Notes under the pieces: model-generated
Databases searched by the model: none
Told to the model about the DNA's origin: nothing
Seen by the model: only the letters and a program-made list of their open reading frames with translations
Shown: positions 10,501 through 19,595 of the stretch, in pieces
Layout of the letters: each line of letters starts with the position of its first letter
How positions within the stretch are numbered: the stretch's first letter is position 1
Program-made: the position numbers and the translations under genes
Origin: a virus
Taxonomy: Duplodnaviria; Heunggongvirae; Uroviricota; Caudoviricetes
IMG/VR virus record: IMGVR_UViG_2541047773_000007
Reading direction: 5' to 3' (one strand)
DNA length: 46,421 nucleotides

Positions 10501-10951
10501 TTTCCGTCACCCAGCCACCGTTACGCTGTATCTGAACCAGCAGGCGGACTTCCGACGGATTCCGGTCCCCCTTTGAGGTGGTTTCCACCAGTGCCTGCAC
10601 ACCGAAGGTAAAGCGCAGACGGTCGATGTTTGCAGACGTGATGGTCCGGGTAATCGGCGTGTCGTACTTCACTTCCGTACCCAGCACCGTCTCGGAGCCG
10701 GAGGATTCAAATCCCTCCGGCGGTGTCTGCTCCTGCTCACCTGCCCGGAAAACCACCGTGACACCGGAGATATTGGTATTCCCCTCACTGTCCAGCACTG
10801 GCGTACTGTTCAGCAGCACACTTTTTAATCCGTCCACCGGACCTTCAACCGGCCCTTCACTGATGGCGTCTATCACGCTCAGCATCTGCGTGGACTTCAG
10901 GTTGTCCTTCGCTTCGCGCGGGGTATGCCCCTTACTGCTGCCTTTACCCAT
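7538..10951 (-). CDS. J: Host specificity protein J (central tail fibre)
   Basis: 1137 aa, lambda gpJ-like throughout, located after tail assembly protein I. Confidence 0.95.
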   Translation of the reverse strand: MGKGSSKGHTPREAKDNLKSTQMLSVIDAISEGPVEGPVDGLKSVLLNSTPVLDSEGNTNISGVTVVFRAGEQEQTPPEGFESSGSETVLGTEVKYDTPITRTITSANIDRLRFTFGVQALVETTSKGDRNPSEVRLLVQIQRNGGWVTEKDITIKGKTTSQYLASVVVGNLPPRPFNIRMRRMTPDSTTDQLQNKTLWSSYTEIIDVKQCYPNTALVGVQVDSEQFGSQQVSRNYHLRGRILQVPSNYNPQTRQYSGIWDGTFKPAYSNNMAWCLWDMLTHPRYGMGKRLGASDVDKWALYVIGQYCDQSVPDGFGGTEPRITCNAWLTTQRKAWDVLSDFCSAMRCMPVWNGQTLTFVQDRPSDKVWTYNRSNVVMPDDGAPFRYSFSALKDRHNAVEVNWIDPNNGWETATELVEDTQAIARYGRNVTKMDAFGCTSRGQAHRAGLWLIKTELLETQTVDFSVGAEGLRHVPGDVIEICDDDYAGISTGGRVLAVNSQTRTLTLDREITLPSSGTTLISLVDGSGNPVSVEVQSVTDGLKVKVNRVPDGVAEYSVWGLKLPTLRQRLFRCVSIRENDDGTYAITAVQHVPEKEAIVDNGAHFDGDQSGTVNGVTPPAVQHLTAEVTADSGEYQVLARWDTPKVVKGVSFMLRLTVAADDGSERLVSTARTTETTYRFRQLALGNYSLTVRAVNAWGQQGDPASVSFRIAAPAAPSRIELTPGYFQITATPHLAVYDPTVQFEFWFSEKRITDIRQVETTARYLGTALYWIAASINIKPGHDYYFYIRSVNTVGKSAFVEAVGRASDDAEGYLDFFKGKITESHLGKELLEKVELTEDNASRLEEFSKEWKDANDKWNAMWGVKIEQTKDGKHYVAGLGLSMEDTEEGKLSQFLVAANRIAFIDPANGNETPMFVAQGNQIFMNEVFLKYLTAPTITSGGNPPVFSLTPDGRLTAKNADISGNVNANSGTLNNVTVNENCTIKGMLEANQVRGDFVKTVSKSFPKKAGTWGNTETPNGTVTVTIYDDHNFDRQIIIPPIIFNGVAYDDPGSGNNPGGTRYTGYGFEVRKNGVLIASRETKGAIPGSYSAVIDMPSGGGNVTLEFKIFQKGNQGAGNITDCTVIVTKKAASGISIR

Positions 10952-11011
10952 TCCTCACGCTCCAGAAACGACAAAACCGCCCTGAGGCGGTTTCACATAA
11001 AACGTTTTTCA

Positions 11012-11659
11012 TCAACGACCAATCACCACAACCTGACCACCGTCCCCCTCGTCTGCCGTGCTGATCTCCTGAGAAGCCACCCGCGACCCCACGCGCATTT
11101 CACCGTACAGAACAGGCAGAACATTGCCCTGGGCAACCATGTTATCCAGTGATGAGAAATAGGTGTTCTGCTTACCGTTATCCGTGCTGGTCGCTGTGGG
11201 CGTCCGGGCTTTCGGTGCCAGCATCTGAGCCACACCACCCAGGATCATACTGGCCCCTGCCGCATACATGCCCGATACAGCCGCGGCACCCAGCCAGCCC
11301 ACAGGGTTCCACCATGCCACCGCAATCAGCGCCGCCCCCAGCACCACCTGAAACACACCGCCACTTTTAGCTCCCGCCAGACGCGGCACGATGTGGATCA
11401 CGGCACCATTTGCCAGCGGCTCATTAAGACGGGCAGATAATTCGGTTTCACCTGCATCACGCCCGGCAATGCGCACCTGATACCAGCCGTCATTCAGTTT
11501 CTGACGAAACGCCGGGAGCTGTGTGGACAACGCCCGGATGGCTTCAGCCCCCGTTTTTACACGAAGGTCGATGCGGCGGCCAAATCGTTGTAAATCCCCG
11601 TAAAGGCAGATGCGTGCCATGCCCGGTGACGCCAGAGGGAGTGTGTGCGTCGCTGCCAT
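11012..11659 (-). CDS. I: Tail assembly protein I
   Basis: 215 aa, lambda gpI-like, follows K and overlaps its 3' end as in lambda. Confidence 0.9.
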   Translation of the reverse strand: MAATHTLPLASPGMARICLYGDLQRFGRRIDLRVKTGAEAIRALSTQLPAFRQKLNDGWYQVRIAGRDAGETELSARLNEPLANGAVIHIVPRLAGAKSGGVFQVVLGAALIAVAWWNPVGWLGAAAVSGMYAAGASMILGGVAQMLAPKARTPTATSTDNGKQNTYFSSLDNMVAQGNVLPVLYGEMRVGSRVASQEISTADEGDGGQVVVIGR

Positions 11660-12300
11660 TTGTCGGTATACCTCTCTCGTTTGCTCAGTTGTTCAGGAAT
11701 ATGGTGCAACAGCTCACCGTCGCCGCAGTAAATGGCGGCATGATTCGGCACCGATGAACCAAAACAGCACAGCAGCACATCGCCCGGCTGCGCCGCTGAC
11801 AACGGCACCTGATACAGCCCTGTGGCCTCCAGATTATCCAGATAGAGATTCTGGCCGTTACACCACCAGTCATCCTCACGATGAAAGTCCGGCATCTCAA
11901 TCCCCGCCAGATGATAAGCATCCCGGAACAGCGTGTAACAGTCCGTCACCCCGTGCTCAAAGCGCCGCCCGGTAAGATGCGGCACACAGCGGAACTTATG
12001 AATCTCACCCCGGCAGACCAGCCACCAAGGCAAATCGCTCTGCACCTGCAGCCGCCTGTCAGCCTCACTCAGCCAGGGCAGACCACCGGGGTGGCTGTGG
12101 ACCAGCGCCACAATCTCACCCTGCATCTCTGCCCGCAGCCAGTCCTCCGGCGACATCCGGAAATACGCCTCCGGCTCACCGGAGATATTCACGCAGGGAA
12201 AATATCTTTCCCCTTCCGGCGTTCTCACCACGAAGCCGCACGACTCCGCTGGCGCACATCGCCGGGCGTGCGCCAGAATCGCTGATTCTGTCTGTGTCAT
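11557..12300 (-). CDS. K: Tail assembly protein K (JAB/MPN plus NlpC/P60-like)
   Basis: Lambda gpK-like from internal start MTQTESAILAHARRCAPAESCGFV... with HSHP metal motif; the track ORF's 25-codon N-terminal extension is disregarded. Confidence 0.9.
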   Translation of the reverse strand: MTQTESAILAHARRCAPAESCGFVVRTPEGERYFPCVNISGEPEAYFRMSPEDWLRAEMQGEIVALVHSHPGGLPWLSEADRRLQVQSDLPWWLVCRGEIHKFRCVPHLTGRRFEHGVTDCYTLFRDAYHLAGIEMPDFHREDDWWCNGQNLYLDNLEATGLYQVPLSAAQPGDVLLCCFGSSVPNHAAIYCGDGELLHHIPEQLSKRERYTDKWQRRTHSLWRHRAWHASAFTGIYNDLAAASTFV

Positions 12301-12304
12301 GGGA

Positions 12305-13003
12305 TTACTGCGAAAGTTTGTTAATGGAAAGGAAGCCGCCAAAGTTGCCGACGTTATTGCGGAACTTACAGCCACTCAGGCATTTGCTGCATTTATCCTT
12401 CGTGATATCGGACGTCGGCTGGTCATATTCATCCGCGACAGCCGGACCGCTATAACCGCACTCGTCACCGCGATAGGTCCAGGTGCAGGTGTTGGCCAGC
12501 ATGATACGTCCCGGAAAAACAGCGCCATCCGTTTCCGTCGGCGTGGACAGTACAAAGGAGGCACTCACCGCGCTCAGTTCGCTGCACTGCTCGATGCGCC
12601 AGCGGCTGATCACCTCCTGCTCCGGATCGGCGTCGCTGTTTCCGTTGACGAAGTTCACCGCATCCAGAAAACGGGCGTAAACCTTACGCCTGACCACCGT
12701 TCCGCCGACCAGACTCTGCAGGTCTTCCGCCATCCCGGTGACCATGCCGTGCAGGTTAGAGACCGTCAGTGTCGGACGGGCAGCACTGCCCTTACCGTTC
12801 AGTTCAAATCCCGTCCCCTGAATGGGGTATGCCTGATACTGCCGCCCCTGCCAGGTGACCGGCTCACCTTTTTCGTTCTGCTCATTACAGAAAAAATAAC
12901 GTTCACCACCGACCTCTGTCAGATCGATTTCCCAGAGCACCACCAGGGCTGACTGAGTAAGGCGTGTCGTCTCATGATGTGTTTCCTGTGGAATATCCTG
13001 CAT
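12305..13003 (-). CDS. L: Minor tail protein L
   Basis: 232 aa, lambda gpL-like (MQDIPQETHHETTRLTQSALVVLWEIDL...). Confidence 0.95.
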   Translation of the reverse strand: MQDIPQETHHETTRLTQSALVVLWEIDLTEVGGERYFFCNEQNEKGEPVTWQGRQYQAYPIQGTGFELNGKGSAARPTLTVSNLHGMVTGMAEDLQSLVGGTVVRRKVYARFLDAVNFVNGNSDADPEQEVISRWRIEQCSELSAVSASFVLSTPTETDGAVFPGRIMLANTCTWTYRGDECGYSGPAVADEYDQPTSDITKDKCSKCLSGCKFRNNVGNFGGFLSINKLSQ

Positions 13004-13012
13004 CAGGGCCTC

Positions 13013-13342
13013 CTATGCCACGACCTGTTCAAAATCTGCCGTTATGGTTACCCACAGCGCCCCCACGCTTGCCGACCATTTACGACAAACCACCCTGATC
13101 GGCCTCCAGTCATAAGGTGGCGTCCACTGAAATGCGCGGACGCCACCGTGCCGTTCCAGAAAGGCTTTTAAAGATGGGTGTTCACATTTACGAACACGTA
13201 TCGTCACGCTGTAAGTCGACAACTGGTTATTCAGTCCCGCCGCACGACGCTGTTCATAACCATCGCCCAGCTTCACTGTCACCACTTTCGGCTCTGATAC
13301 CACATTCATATCCGGGCGCACTTTCCAGTGAAACGTCTCCAT
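13013..13342 (-). CDS. M: Minor tail protein M
   Basis: 109 aa, lambda gpM-like (METFHWKVRPDMNVVSEPKVVTVKLGDGYEQRR...). Confidence 0.95.
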   Translation of the reverse strand: METFHWKVRPDMNVVSEPKVVTVKLGDGYEQRRAAGLNNQLSTYSVTIRVRKCEHPSLKAFLERHGGVRAFQWTPPYDWRPIRVVCRKWSASVGALWVTITADFEQVVA

Positions 13343-16300
13343 TACCGATATGCTCCACTTAACCGACCACCATCACGGGCCTGCTGTTGCATAAAGTCCG
13401 CTGCCGCTTTTTTCCCAAGGTCATAAACCACCTTCAGGGCAGCCGGACCTATCTGCCCGTTCGTGCCATCGTTATTGATCTCGATGTTGTACTGCGGGGA
13501 AAACATCGCCATACCTGAACCCCCAATATCCGCCACAACCCCCAGCTTACCGTCAGCACCACGACGCAATGGCAGAATGGCTTCAGGTCCCGCTTCCCCC
13601 ATCACACCCGCGCCTTTTGCAAAAGCAAAAAACGTCGGACGGTTAACCACCGTGCCACTGTAACGACTCAAATCAGCAGACTGATAAATCCCCCCATTGG
13701 CATTCAGGGAAAGGCTGCTGAGATCAAATCCCAGTACACTGCCAATCCCTTTTATCGATTTCATCATGGTTGCCTGCGCCAGGATTTTCGCCATATCTGA
13801 CAGCACAGAAGAGGTGAAGGATTTGAAATTGAGTTTGCCGGTAGTGACAAAAGTTGCCAGGCCATTTCCCATGTTGCTGAAGGCTGACGAGAACACCTGT
13901 TCTGCTGTTTCTGCCGTATTATCTGCATCCACGGTAAAATCCTGAAATGCACGCAGGACTCCGTTTTTCCAGTTACCCTGCACAACTTCAAGCTGTTGCC
14001 AGTAACGGCGATTCTCATTCAGTTGTCGGTTCAGGCTCTCCGTCAGCGCCTGCTCGGCCTTTCTGTAGTCATCCGTGTTATATGTCCCTTTCTGCTCACT
14101 ATCCCGCCTCAACTGCTCCAGCTGTTGCTGGTATTTCTGGCGAAGACTCAGTTGTACCTGATATCGCTGTCGCTGCTGATCACCCATACCCACCGTGGCG
14201 ATATCCAGGTCATGTTGCTGACGCTGAGCGCGCTCTTCTTCAGCCAGTTGACTGGTCAGCTGAATTGTTTTTTTCTTCAGCTCGTTGAGTGCCGTCTGTT
14301 TCTGAAGCTCCTGCTGTTTTACATCCAGCAGCGTCAGTGCCTGAATCAGTTCATCTTTACGGGCCAGCACACTCTTTTCATCTGCCGTCAGTTTTTTCCC
14401 GTCCAGGTCGCTGATGCGCTGCTGCAGAGCCAGGAGCTGTTTATGCGCTTCTGTCATCCTTTCCGTGGCAATGCCTGCTGACTGTCTGGCAGCAGCAATC
14501 TGTCCTTCCACCTGTGCCTGTTGCTGACTGTACTGCAGCAATAACCGGGTGGCCTCATCATTACGGGTTTCGCGTGTTTTTTTCTTACCGGATGCCAGGG
14601 CTTTCTCGTAACGTTCATTTTCACGTTGTATCGCCGCATCCCTGACAGTCTGATCGGCGTACTGCATGGCATTAATACGCGCAATTTCACGCTGATGTCG
14701 TGCAGCTTCCGTTTCATTCATCCGGTTCAGTGCAGCATTTTCAGCATTACGGCGTTTCTGTTGCTCCTGATAATTCCGCTCTGCCTGCTCTTTTGCATCC
14801 TGCAAATCCTTCTGGCGTTTTTTCTCCTGAAGATCGTTAAGACGCTGCTGATCGTATTCAACCTGAGAAGATGATGCCGTCCAGGGGAGTCTTTTCGCCC
14901 GCGACACTTTCTCCTGCAAAGTGGCAATCTGCGCATCCAGCGAATCTTCACGACCAATATTCATGGCCGCATCCCAGAACTGCTTCCACCAGTCAGACAA
15001 AGTTTGCAGCGTACTGCCCAGCGCATTGAGGTTATTATCAATATCCGCAGTACGCCGACCGGTTTCCTCTGCCAGTGCAGACATGGCTATCCGTGCCGCA
15101 TCACTGGACCGCCCCTGCTCTCCAAGGACGCGTATCTGCTCAAGCTGAGTGGCAGTAAGAAAATGCAGCTCATTGTCCAGAGACTTCGCGGCATTTACAG
15201 GATCATCCTTCAGCCGCTTAAACTGATTTATGGTATCGCTGACCGACTGGCCAACCGATCGCTCCATCTGTGCGGCAGCTCTCGCCACCATACCGATATC
15301 GTTTCCACGAAATGCACCACTCCCCACCACCTGAGCCAGCGCACCGGCTGCAGCATGTTGCGTGATACCATTCCCGGAAATAGCACGACTGAGCGTCCAC
15401 AGCTGCCCGGCAGTGACTCCGGCATAATGCCCCGTCAGCGACAGCTGGCGGTTAAATTCTTCCCCCTCCTTCTGACCGTCATACCAGGCTTTACCCAGAC
15501 CATAGACGGCCGCGGTAATACCGCCAATAACCCCGCCCAGCATCATGCCTTTCGGTGACATCAGTGTGTCTATCCATCCGGCACGGTTAGCCAGCGTTAT
15601 CCCGGATCCCCTTAGCGCCCCTAAATTGCCGCGGGCCAGTTCACCTATCAGAACGCCTATCTCCTGGCGGGCCGCTGCACTTTTCAGACCCAGCGAATGC
15701 GTGGCTTTTCCTGCCCGCTCCATTTTGCGGATATACACTTCTGCAGCACTGCTTACCCCCAGCTGGGCAGCCCTGGCACGAAGCAACTCAGAAGAAGAAA
15801 GATTCTGGCGGGTTGCCTGCTCTTTAAGCTGACGGATAAACGCCACTTTCTGTCGGGTAGCCTCTGCCTCAGCCTGCGTAAGAACACGGGTTTTCGCCGT
15901 AACCTCAGAAATCAGCGCCAGATAATCCTGCTGACCAATCCCGCCACTGTTTCTGGCCTGTCGGATCTGCTGCTGAATACGCTGTAATTCCTGCAGCCCC
16001 GCACTGGCCTGTTTCACACTGTCAATCTGACGATAAAACGCAGCAGCCGCTTTATCCTGAGCCTCCGCCAGAGCCATGGCCTGCGCCTGTTCCTCGCGCA
16101 TTTTCTGGCTCAGTGCCTCCATGCGCTGGCGGGTTTTCTCCACCTCGCGGGCCATGCGTTCATGAGCCTGTGCGTTCTTCTCCACCGTCTGCGCATGGAC
16201 GGATGCGGCTGTTGCAGCCGAAGAAGCTGCCTGCGTTGTCTGCCGGGCGGCCTGAGTCTGACGCTCCATAAAACGCTGCATACGGGCAGAAGACCGTTCT

Positions 16301-16407
16301 GCATCGCTGGCTGCACCATTCAGAAGGTTTTTGATACGGGGAATTTCATTTTTAAACTCTGCCGCATCAATCCCCAAATCAATGACCAGGTTGGCTATCT
16401 GGTCCAT
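13342..16407 (-). CDS. H: Tail tape measure protein H
   Basis: About 1021 aa from internal start MDQIANLVIDLGIDAAEF (aligns with lambda H N-terminus); coiled-coil-rich; C-terminal ...NNDGTNGQIGPAALK... matches lambda H. Confidence 0.9.
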   Translation of the reverse strand: MDQIANLVIDLGIDAAEFKNEIPRIKNLLNGAASDAERSSARMQRFMERQTQAARQTTQAASSAATAASVHAQTVEKNAQAHERMAREVEKTRQRMEALSQKMREEQAQAMALAEAQDKAAAAFYRQIDSVKQASAGLQELQRIQQQIRQARNSGGIGQQDYLALISEVTAKTRVLTQAEAEATRQKVAFIRQLKEQATRQNLSSSELLRARAAQLGVSSAAEVYIRKMERAGKATHSLGLKSAAARQEIGVLIGELARGNLGALRGSGITLANRAGWIDTLMSPKGMMLGGVIGGITAAVYGLGKAWYDGQKEGEEFNRQLSLTGHYAGVTAGQLWTLSRAISGNGITQHAAAGALAQVVGSGAFRGNDIGMVARAAAQMERSVGQSVSDTINQFKRLKDDPVNAAKSLDNELHFLTATQLEQIRVLGEQGRSSDAARIAMSALAEETGRRTADIDNNLNALGSTLQTLSDWWKQFWDAAMNIGREDSLDAQIATLQEKVSRAKRLPWTASSSQVEYDQQRLNDLQEKKRQKDLQDAKEQAERNYQEQQKRRNAENAALNRMNETEAARHQREIARINAMQYADQTVRDAAIQRENERYEKALASGKKKTRETRNDEATRLLLQYSQQQAQVEGQIAAARQSAGIATERMTEAHKQLLALQQRISDLDGKKLTADEKSVLARKDELIQALTLLDVKQQELQKQTALNELKKKTIQLTSQLAEEERAQRQQHDLDIATVGMGDQQRQRYQVQLSLRQKYQQQLEQLRRDSEQKGTYNTDDYRKAEQALTESLNRQLNENRRYWQQLEVVQGNWKNGVLRAFQDFTVDADNTAETAEQVFSSAFSNMGNGLATFVTTGKLNFKSFTSSVLSDMAKILAQATMMKSIKGIGSVLGFDLSSLSLNANGGIYQSADLSRYSGTVVNRPTFFAFAKGAGVMGEAGPEAILPLRRGADGKLGVVADIGGSGMAMFSPQYNIEINNDGTNGQIGPAALKVVYDLGKKAAADFMQQQARDGGRLSGAYR

Positions 16408-16708
16408 AACGCACACCTCCGGAAATACCTTCCCCAAGATGCATCAGTTCTTCGTCCGTTCGCTCCGGTATCCCGTTCTCTTCCGGTAAAAGGCTGAAAT
16501 CAGCCACCGCAGCATCACTGCTGCCGGACACCATTCTCACGATCAATGCCTTCAGCGAGGCAAACTGCGCATCCATCCACACATCACTGAAGCTCTGCAT
16601 CCGGAAATAATCGCCCCACTCACCAAGCTCAGTGGCCGACATTTCCGACAGCATCCGCCGCCAGTCTGCCCGCCGGAACTCCCGGGCAAGCCGCATGACA
16701 AACTGCAT
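16379..16708 (-). CDS. T: T segment of tail assembly chaperone G-T (reached by -1 frameshift from G)
   Basis: ORF in -1 frame relative to G; the frame is open across the G stop; GGAAAAG slippery-like heptamer at about 16723-16729. Confidence 0.7.
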   Translation of the reverse strand: MQFVMRLAREFRRADWRRMLSEMSATELGEWGDYFRMQSFSDVWMDAQFASLKALIVRMVSGSSDAAVADFSLLPEENGIPERTDEELMHLGEGISGGVRYGPDSQPGH

Positions 16709-16716
16709 TTCCCGCG

Positions 16717-17106
16717 TCAGGACTTTTCCGGCGTCAGCGCCTCATGCTCATCATCCACGGCATTATCAATGGCCCCCATACCGCTCAGCGACAGAACCAT
16801 CTCCGCCCCCGCACCCAGGGCATCATACGACCATGTTGTAATAACGGATGTGCAAAGCGTCTCTACATCCTTAGACTGATCCGCATTCCACAGTGAGCGG
16901 GAAACCAGCCAGGCATTGATATCCATCCCCATCCGCAGAAAAGCAATCTGTCGTTCAGCCTCCGGCAGTTCTCCCTCCACGGCATCAAACTTTGCCGTTC
17001 GCTGCTGAACAAACGTCAGATATTCAATTCTCTGCAGCCCGGACAGCTCACTGAGCACCACGGACTGTTTTTCATAATTAAACGTGTCCTGTTTCAGAAA
17101 CATCAT
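16717..17106 (-). CDS. G: Tail assembly chaperone G
   Basis: Lambda gpG-like from MMFLKQDTF...; immediately downstream of V, upstream of T/H. Confidence 0.8.
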   Translation of the reverse strand: MMFLKQDTFNYEKQSVVLSELSGLQRIEYLTFVQQRTAKFDAVEGELPEAERQIAFLRMGMDINAWLVSRSLWNADQSKDVETLCTSVITTWSYDALGAGAEMVLSLSGMGAIDNAVDDEHEALTPEKS

Positions 17107-17163
17107 GTTCTCCACCTGCAAAAAAGCCCCGCATAACCGGGGCAAATGATGAGTATCGTCCTG

Positions 17164-17907
17164 TTAACCTGCTGCGCTGACAGTCACCGCAGTCACAGCC
17201 ACAAAATTCCCGTCAGCGGTCATGCCCACAATGCTGACACTGCCCTGCTTCACGCCTTTTACCGTGGCCACAAGTCCGTTCAGGGTAACCGTGGCAGTCT
17301 GTGGATCTGACGAATGCACACTGATCGCTTTGTCACTGGCTCCGTCAGGTTTTACTGTAAAGGTCAGCGTGGTGGTTGCTCCCACTTTTACACTGGCAGA
17401 CGCCGGTGATACTGTCAGCCCGGTAACGCTCACGGTTTCAGTGCCTTCCTCTGCCAGATACGGACGCCCCACACCGCTGATTTTCACAGTGCGGGTCATC
17501 ACGTCTTTTGAGGCAATGGTTTTACCCAGTGAGCTCAGCCAGCCACGGAAAACATCAACAGTGCCGTTGGGATATTTGATACGAAACGCGCAGACTTCAC
17601 CGGAGTCGAACAACTGAACCAGTTTTTTCTGCCCGCTGTCACCCGGACGCCAGGCCAGCGTCGCCGAAGTATCACCAACGGATTTCTGCCCCTGGGTTGT
17701 CGTTTTCCAGTCTGCATCTTCATCATCGAGATAAGTGTCATCTTCTGCATCAGCGGTCATTTCGCCAGGTTGCAGATCCTTCACCATCGCAAGACGCAGC
17801 CAGTCAGTGTCCGACAAAGGGTTCGCAAACGCATCGCCGTTGCCGGTATACATCCAGAACGTCGTCCCCGCACCTTTCGTCTTTGCCAGTGGATTTGGTG
17901 TGGTCAT
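17164..17907 (-). CDS. V: Major tail protein V with C-terminal Ig-like domain
   Basis: Internal start MTTPNPLAKTKGAGTTFWMY... aligns with lambda gpV; Shine-Dalgarno-like GGAGGTGG upstream; track ORF's 25-codon N-terminal extension disregarded. Confidence 0.9.
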   Translation of the reverse strand: MTTPNPLAKTKGAGTTFWMYTGNGDAFANPLSDTDWLRLAMVKDLQPGEMTADAEDDTYLDDEDADWKTTTQGQKSVGDTSATLAWRPGDSGQKKLVQLFDSGEVCAFRIKYPNGTVDVFRGWLSSLGKTIASKDVMTRTVKISGVGRPYLAEEGTETVSVTGLTVSPASASVKVGATTTLTFTVKPDGASDKAISVHSSDPQTATVTLNGLVATVKGVKQGSVSIVGMTADGNFVAVTAVTVSAAG

Positions 17908-17917
17908 TACCACCTCC

Positions 17918-18331
17918 TTAATTCGTGTACGTGATCTGGTACGTGATTTCCGCCATCGCCCAGGTGGCCATCTCATTATCACGTTGATAGTTAAAACCGA
18001 GTGGGTTCAGGGTGTCGATGAGTCCGGAAAGTGCCGGTACATCATTCAGGGCCGGGAAAATGGTGCTCTCCATCCACATATCCAGCTCTGAATCCGGTGC
18101 CTGTGCCCGGATGAAGACGGCAATATGCAGAACAGCCTGCCAGTCATCTTCATCCGTCATTTTTCCGGTGTACTGAGCATCACTCAGCCACACCGCCACG
18201 GCAGGCAGTTCCTGCGCATCAATAAATGCCGGAAGCCCGTCAAAAAACGTGGCGCTGTCTCCACACTGTTCCCGAAGGCGTGCCAGTACGACCTGGCGGA
18301 TTTGTGTATGTCGGTTCATCGGGTCAGCCAT
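17918..18331 (-). CDS. U: Tail tube terminator protein U
   Basis: 137 aa, lambda gpU-like (...TFFDGLPAFIDAQELPAVAVWL...). Confidence 0.9.
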   Translation of the reverse strand: MADPMNRHTQIRQVVLARLREQCGDSATFFDGLPAFIDAQELPAVAVWLSDAQYTGKMTDEDDWQAVLHIAVFIRAQAPDSELDMWMESTIFPALNDVPALSGLIDTLNPLGFNYQRDNEMATWAMAEITYQITYTN

Positions 18332-18906
18332 AACCTCAGTTGTTGTTTCAGTGCATACCCCAGCTGTTTCGGCATTTCCGCAGCAATGATGTGGTCGCGG
18401 GCATCTTCAAATGCCTGTGTCAGCGGTCCGGACAGCGGGATTTTCACTACCTCCACAGGAAGACGATTTTTTCTTGGCCTGCCCTGATGGTCATGCCCTG
18501 TTGCAAAACGCGCTTCAGGAAGACGCCTCAGAACATGCCAGCGGCCATTCGCCAGTTGCTGAACAAATGCCCCCCGGAAAAAGTATTTTCCCACTCTCAG
18601 TCCTTCACCAGCACGCCGCCGTGTTGTGTTCAGTTTGATGGCGGGCAGATTGCCCCGGTTAACGCGGATCCTGGCCGTCATTTTTCCTGACGGACTGGCT
18701 TTAAACACCCGGACACGCTGACGTACCAGTTTCAGGGGGATCCCTTTCACCTGGTTATCTCCCGCAACGGTATTCCCGGCAACCTGCCGGGTGGCAACCG
18801 AGACCGCTTTCTGTGCCACACGGTTTATCGCCCATGCGCTGGCCTGTGGCACCATACGGGTATCAAGGCTGTTCAGATTGCGGATGGCATTCTCAAGCCC
18901 CTTCAT
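18316..18906 (-). CDS. Z: Tail completion protein Z
   Basis: 196 aa, lambda gpZ-like (MKGLENAIRNLNSL...NRGNLPAIKLNT...VVKIPLSGPLTQAF). Confidence 0.9.
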   Translation of the reverse strand: MKGLENAIRNLNSLDTRMVPQASAWAINRVAQKAVSVATRQVAGNTVAGDNQVKGIPLKLVRQRVRVFKASPSGKMTARIRVNRGNLPAIKLNTTRRRAGEGLRVGKYFFRGAFVQQLANGRWHVLRRLPEARFATGHDHQGRPRKNRLPVEVVKIPLSGPLTQAFEDARDHIIAAEMPKQLGYALKQQLRLWLTR

Positions 18907-18917
18907 CCCACACCTCT

Positions 18918-19193
18918 TTACTCAATAAAGATCATTGGCTTACCGTTAAAGCGTTCATGCCGTGTGACCGTCCATTGTTGTCCGTCATAAACAACGCGAT
19001 CCCCGCGCCGTGGGCGGTATCCCGAAGAAAACACCACCAGAGAGACCGCAGGTCCGGACAGAGCATTCAGCTCTGCCAGTGTTTCTCCCGGGATCACAGT
19101 CATATCGACATCATTAATCGAGGCTGTCTTTCCCATCTTTCTGACCGTGATCGCATCCATACGCGCTGCCAGCCGGGAAAAGGGATCAGACAT
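18918..19193 (-). CDS. Head-tail joining protein (gpFII-like position)
   Basis: 91-aa ORF between a head-associated gene and Z; size and position fit a head-tail attachment protein. Confidence 0.55.
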   Translation of the reverse strand: MSDPFSRLAARMDAITVRKMGKTASINDVDMTVIPGETLAELNALSGPAVSLVVFSSGYRPRRGDRVVYDGQQWTVTRHERFNGKPMIFIE

Positions 19194-19509
19194 TGAGTTT
19201 TACCGGCACTTCTTCTGCACTGGTTCCGGCATCTGCCCAGACAACCCCGACCAGCGGATCAGAGCCGCTGTTAGTCAGCTGAACTTTTCCGGACTTCAGA
19301 TAAACCTTCTTACCCGTTTTCATGTCATCCGTTTTCAGCTTAGGCAGCATAAACACACCTTCGGTCATGCCGTCGCCTGTTTCACCCTGTGGAATATCGG
19401 TCAGCGCCACCGCAAAAACATCACCCACCTGCACCAGCTCTCCGCTGCTGATGGCTGCACTGGCAACAATCGCCACCGTTTTTCCTTCTTCTACAAAATT
19501 CTTTGCCAT
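19186..19509 (-). CDS. Head-associated small protein (DUF2190-like)
   Basis: Internal start MAKNFVEEGKTVAIVASAAISSGELVQVGDVF... preceded by GGAG; lies directly after the capsid gene. Confidence 0.5.
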   Translation of the reverse strand: MAKNFVEEGKTVAIVASAAISSGELVQVGDVFAVALTDIPQGETGDGMTEGVFMLPKLKTDDMKTGKKVYLKSGKVQLTNSGSDPLVGVVWADAGTSAEEVPVKLNV

Positions 19510-19595
19510 AACTGTCTCCGCACAGCCCCGTTCAGGGGCTGATTTCAGGTACAAAAAAAGCCCTTACGGGCCATCAGAGTTGTTGTCTGCGACGT

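Noticed and set aside
13996-15558. Several 80-180-aa plus-strand ORFs (e.g. 13996-14481, 15004-15558)
   Set aside because: Antisense to the tape measure gene H; low-complexity; no independent signals.
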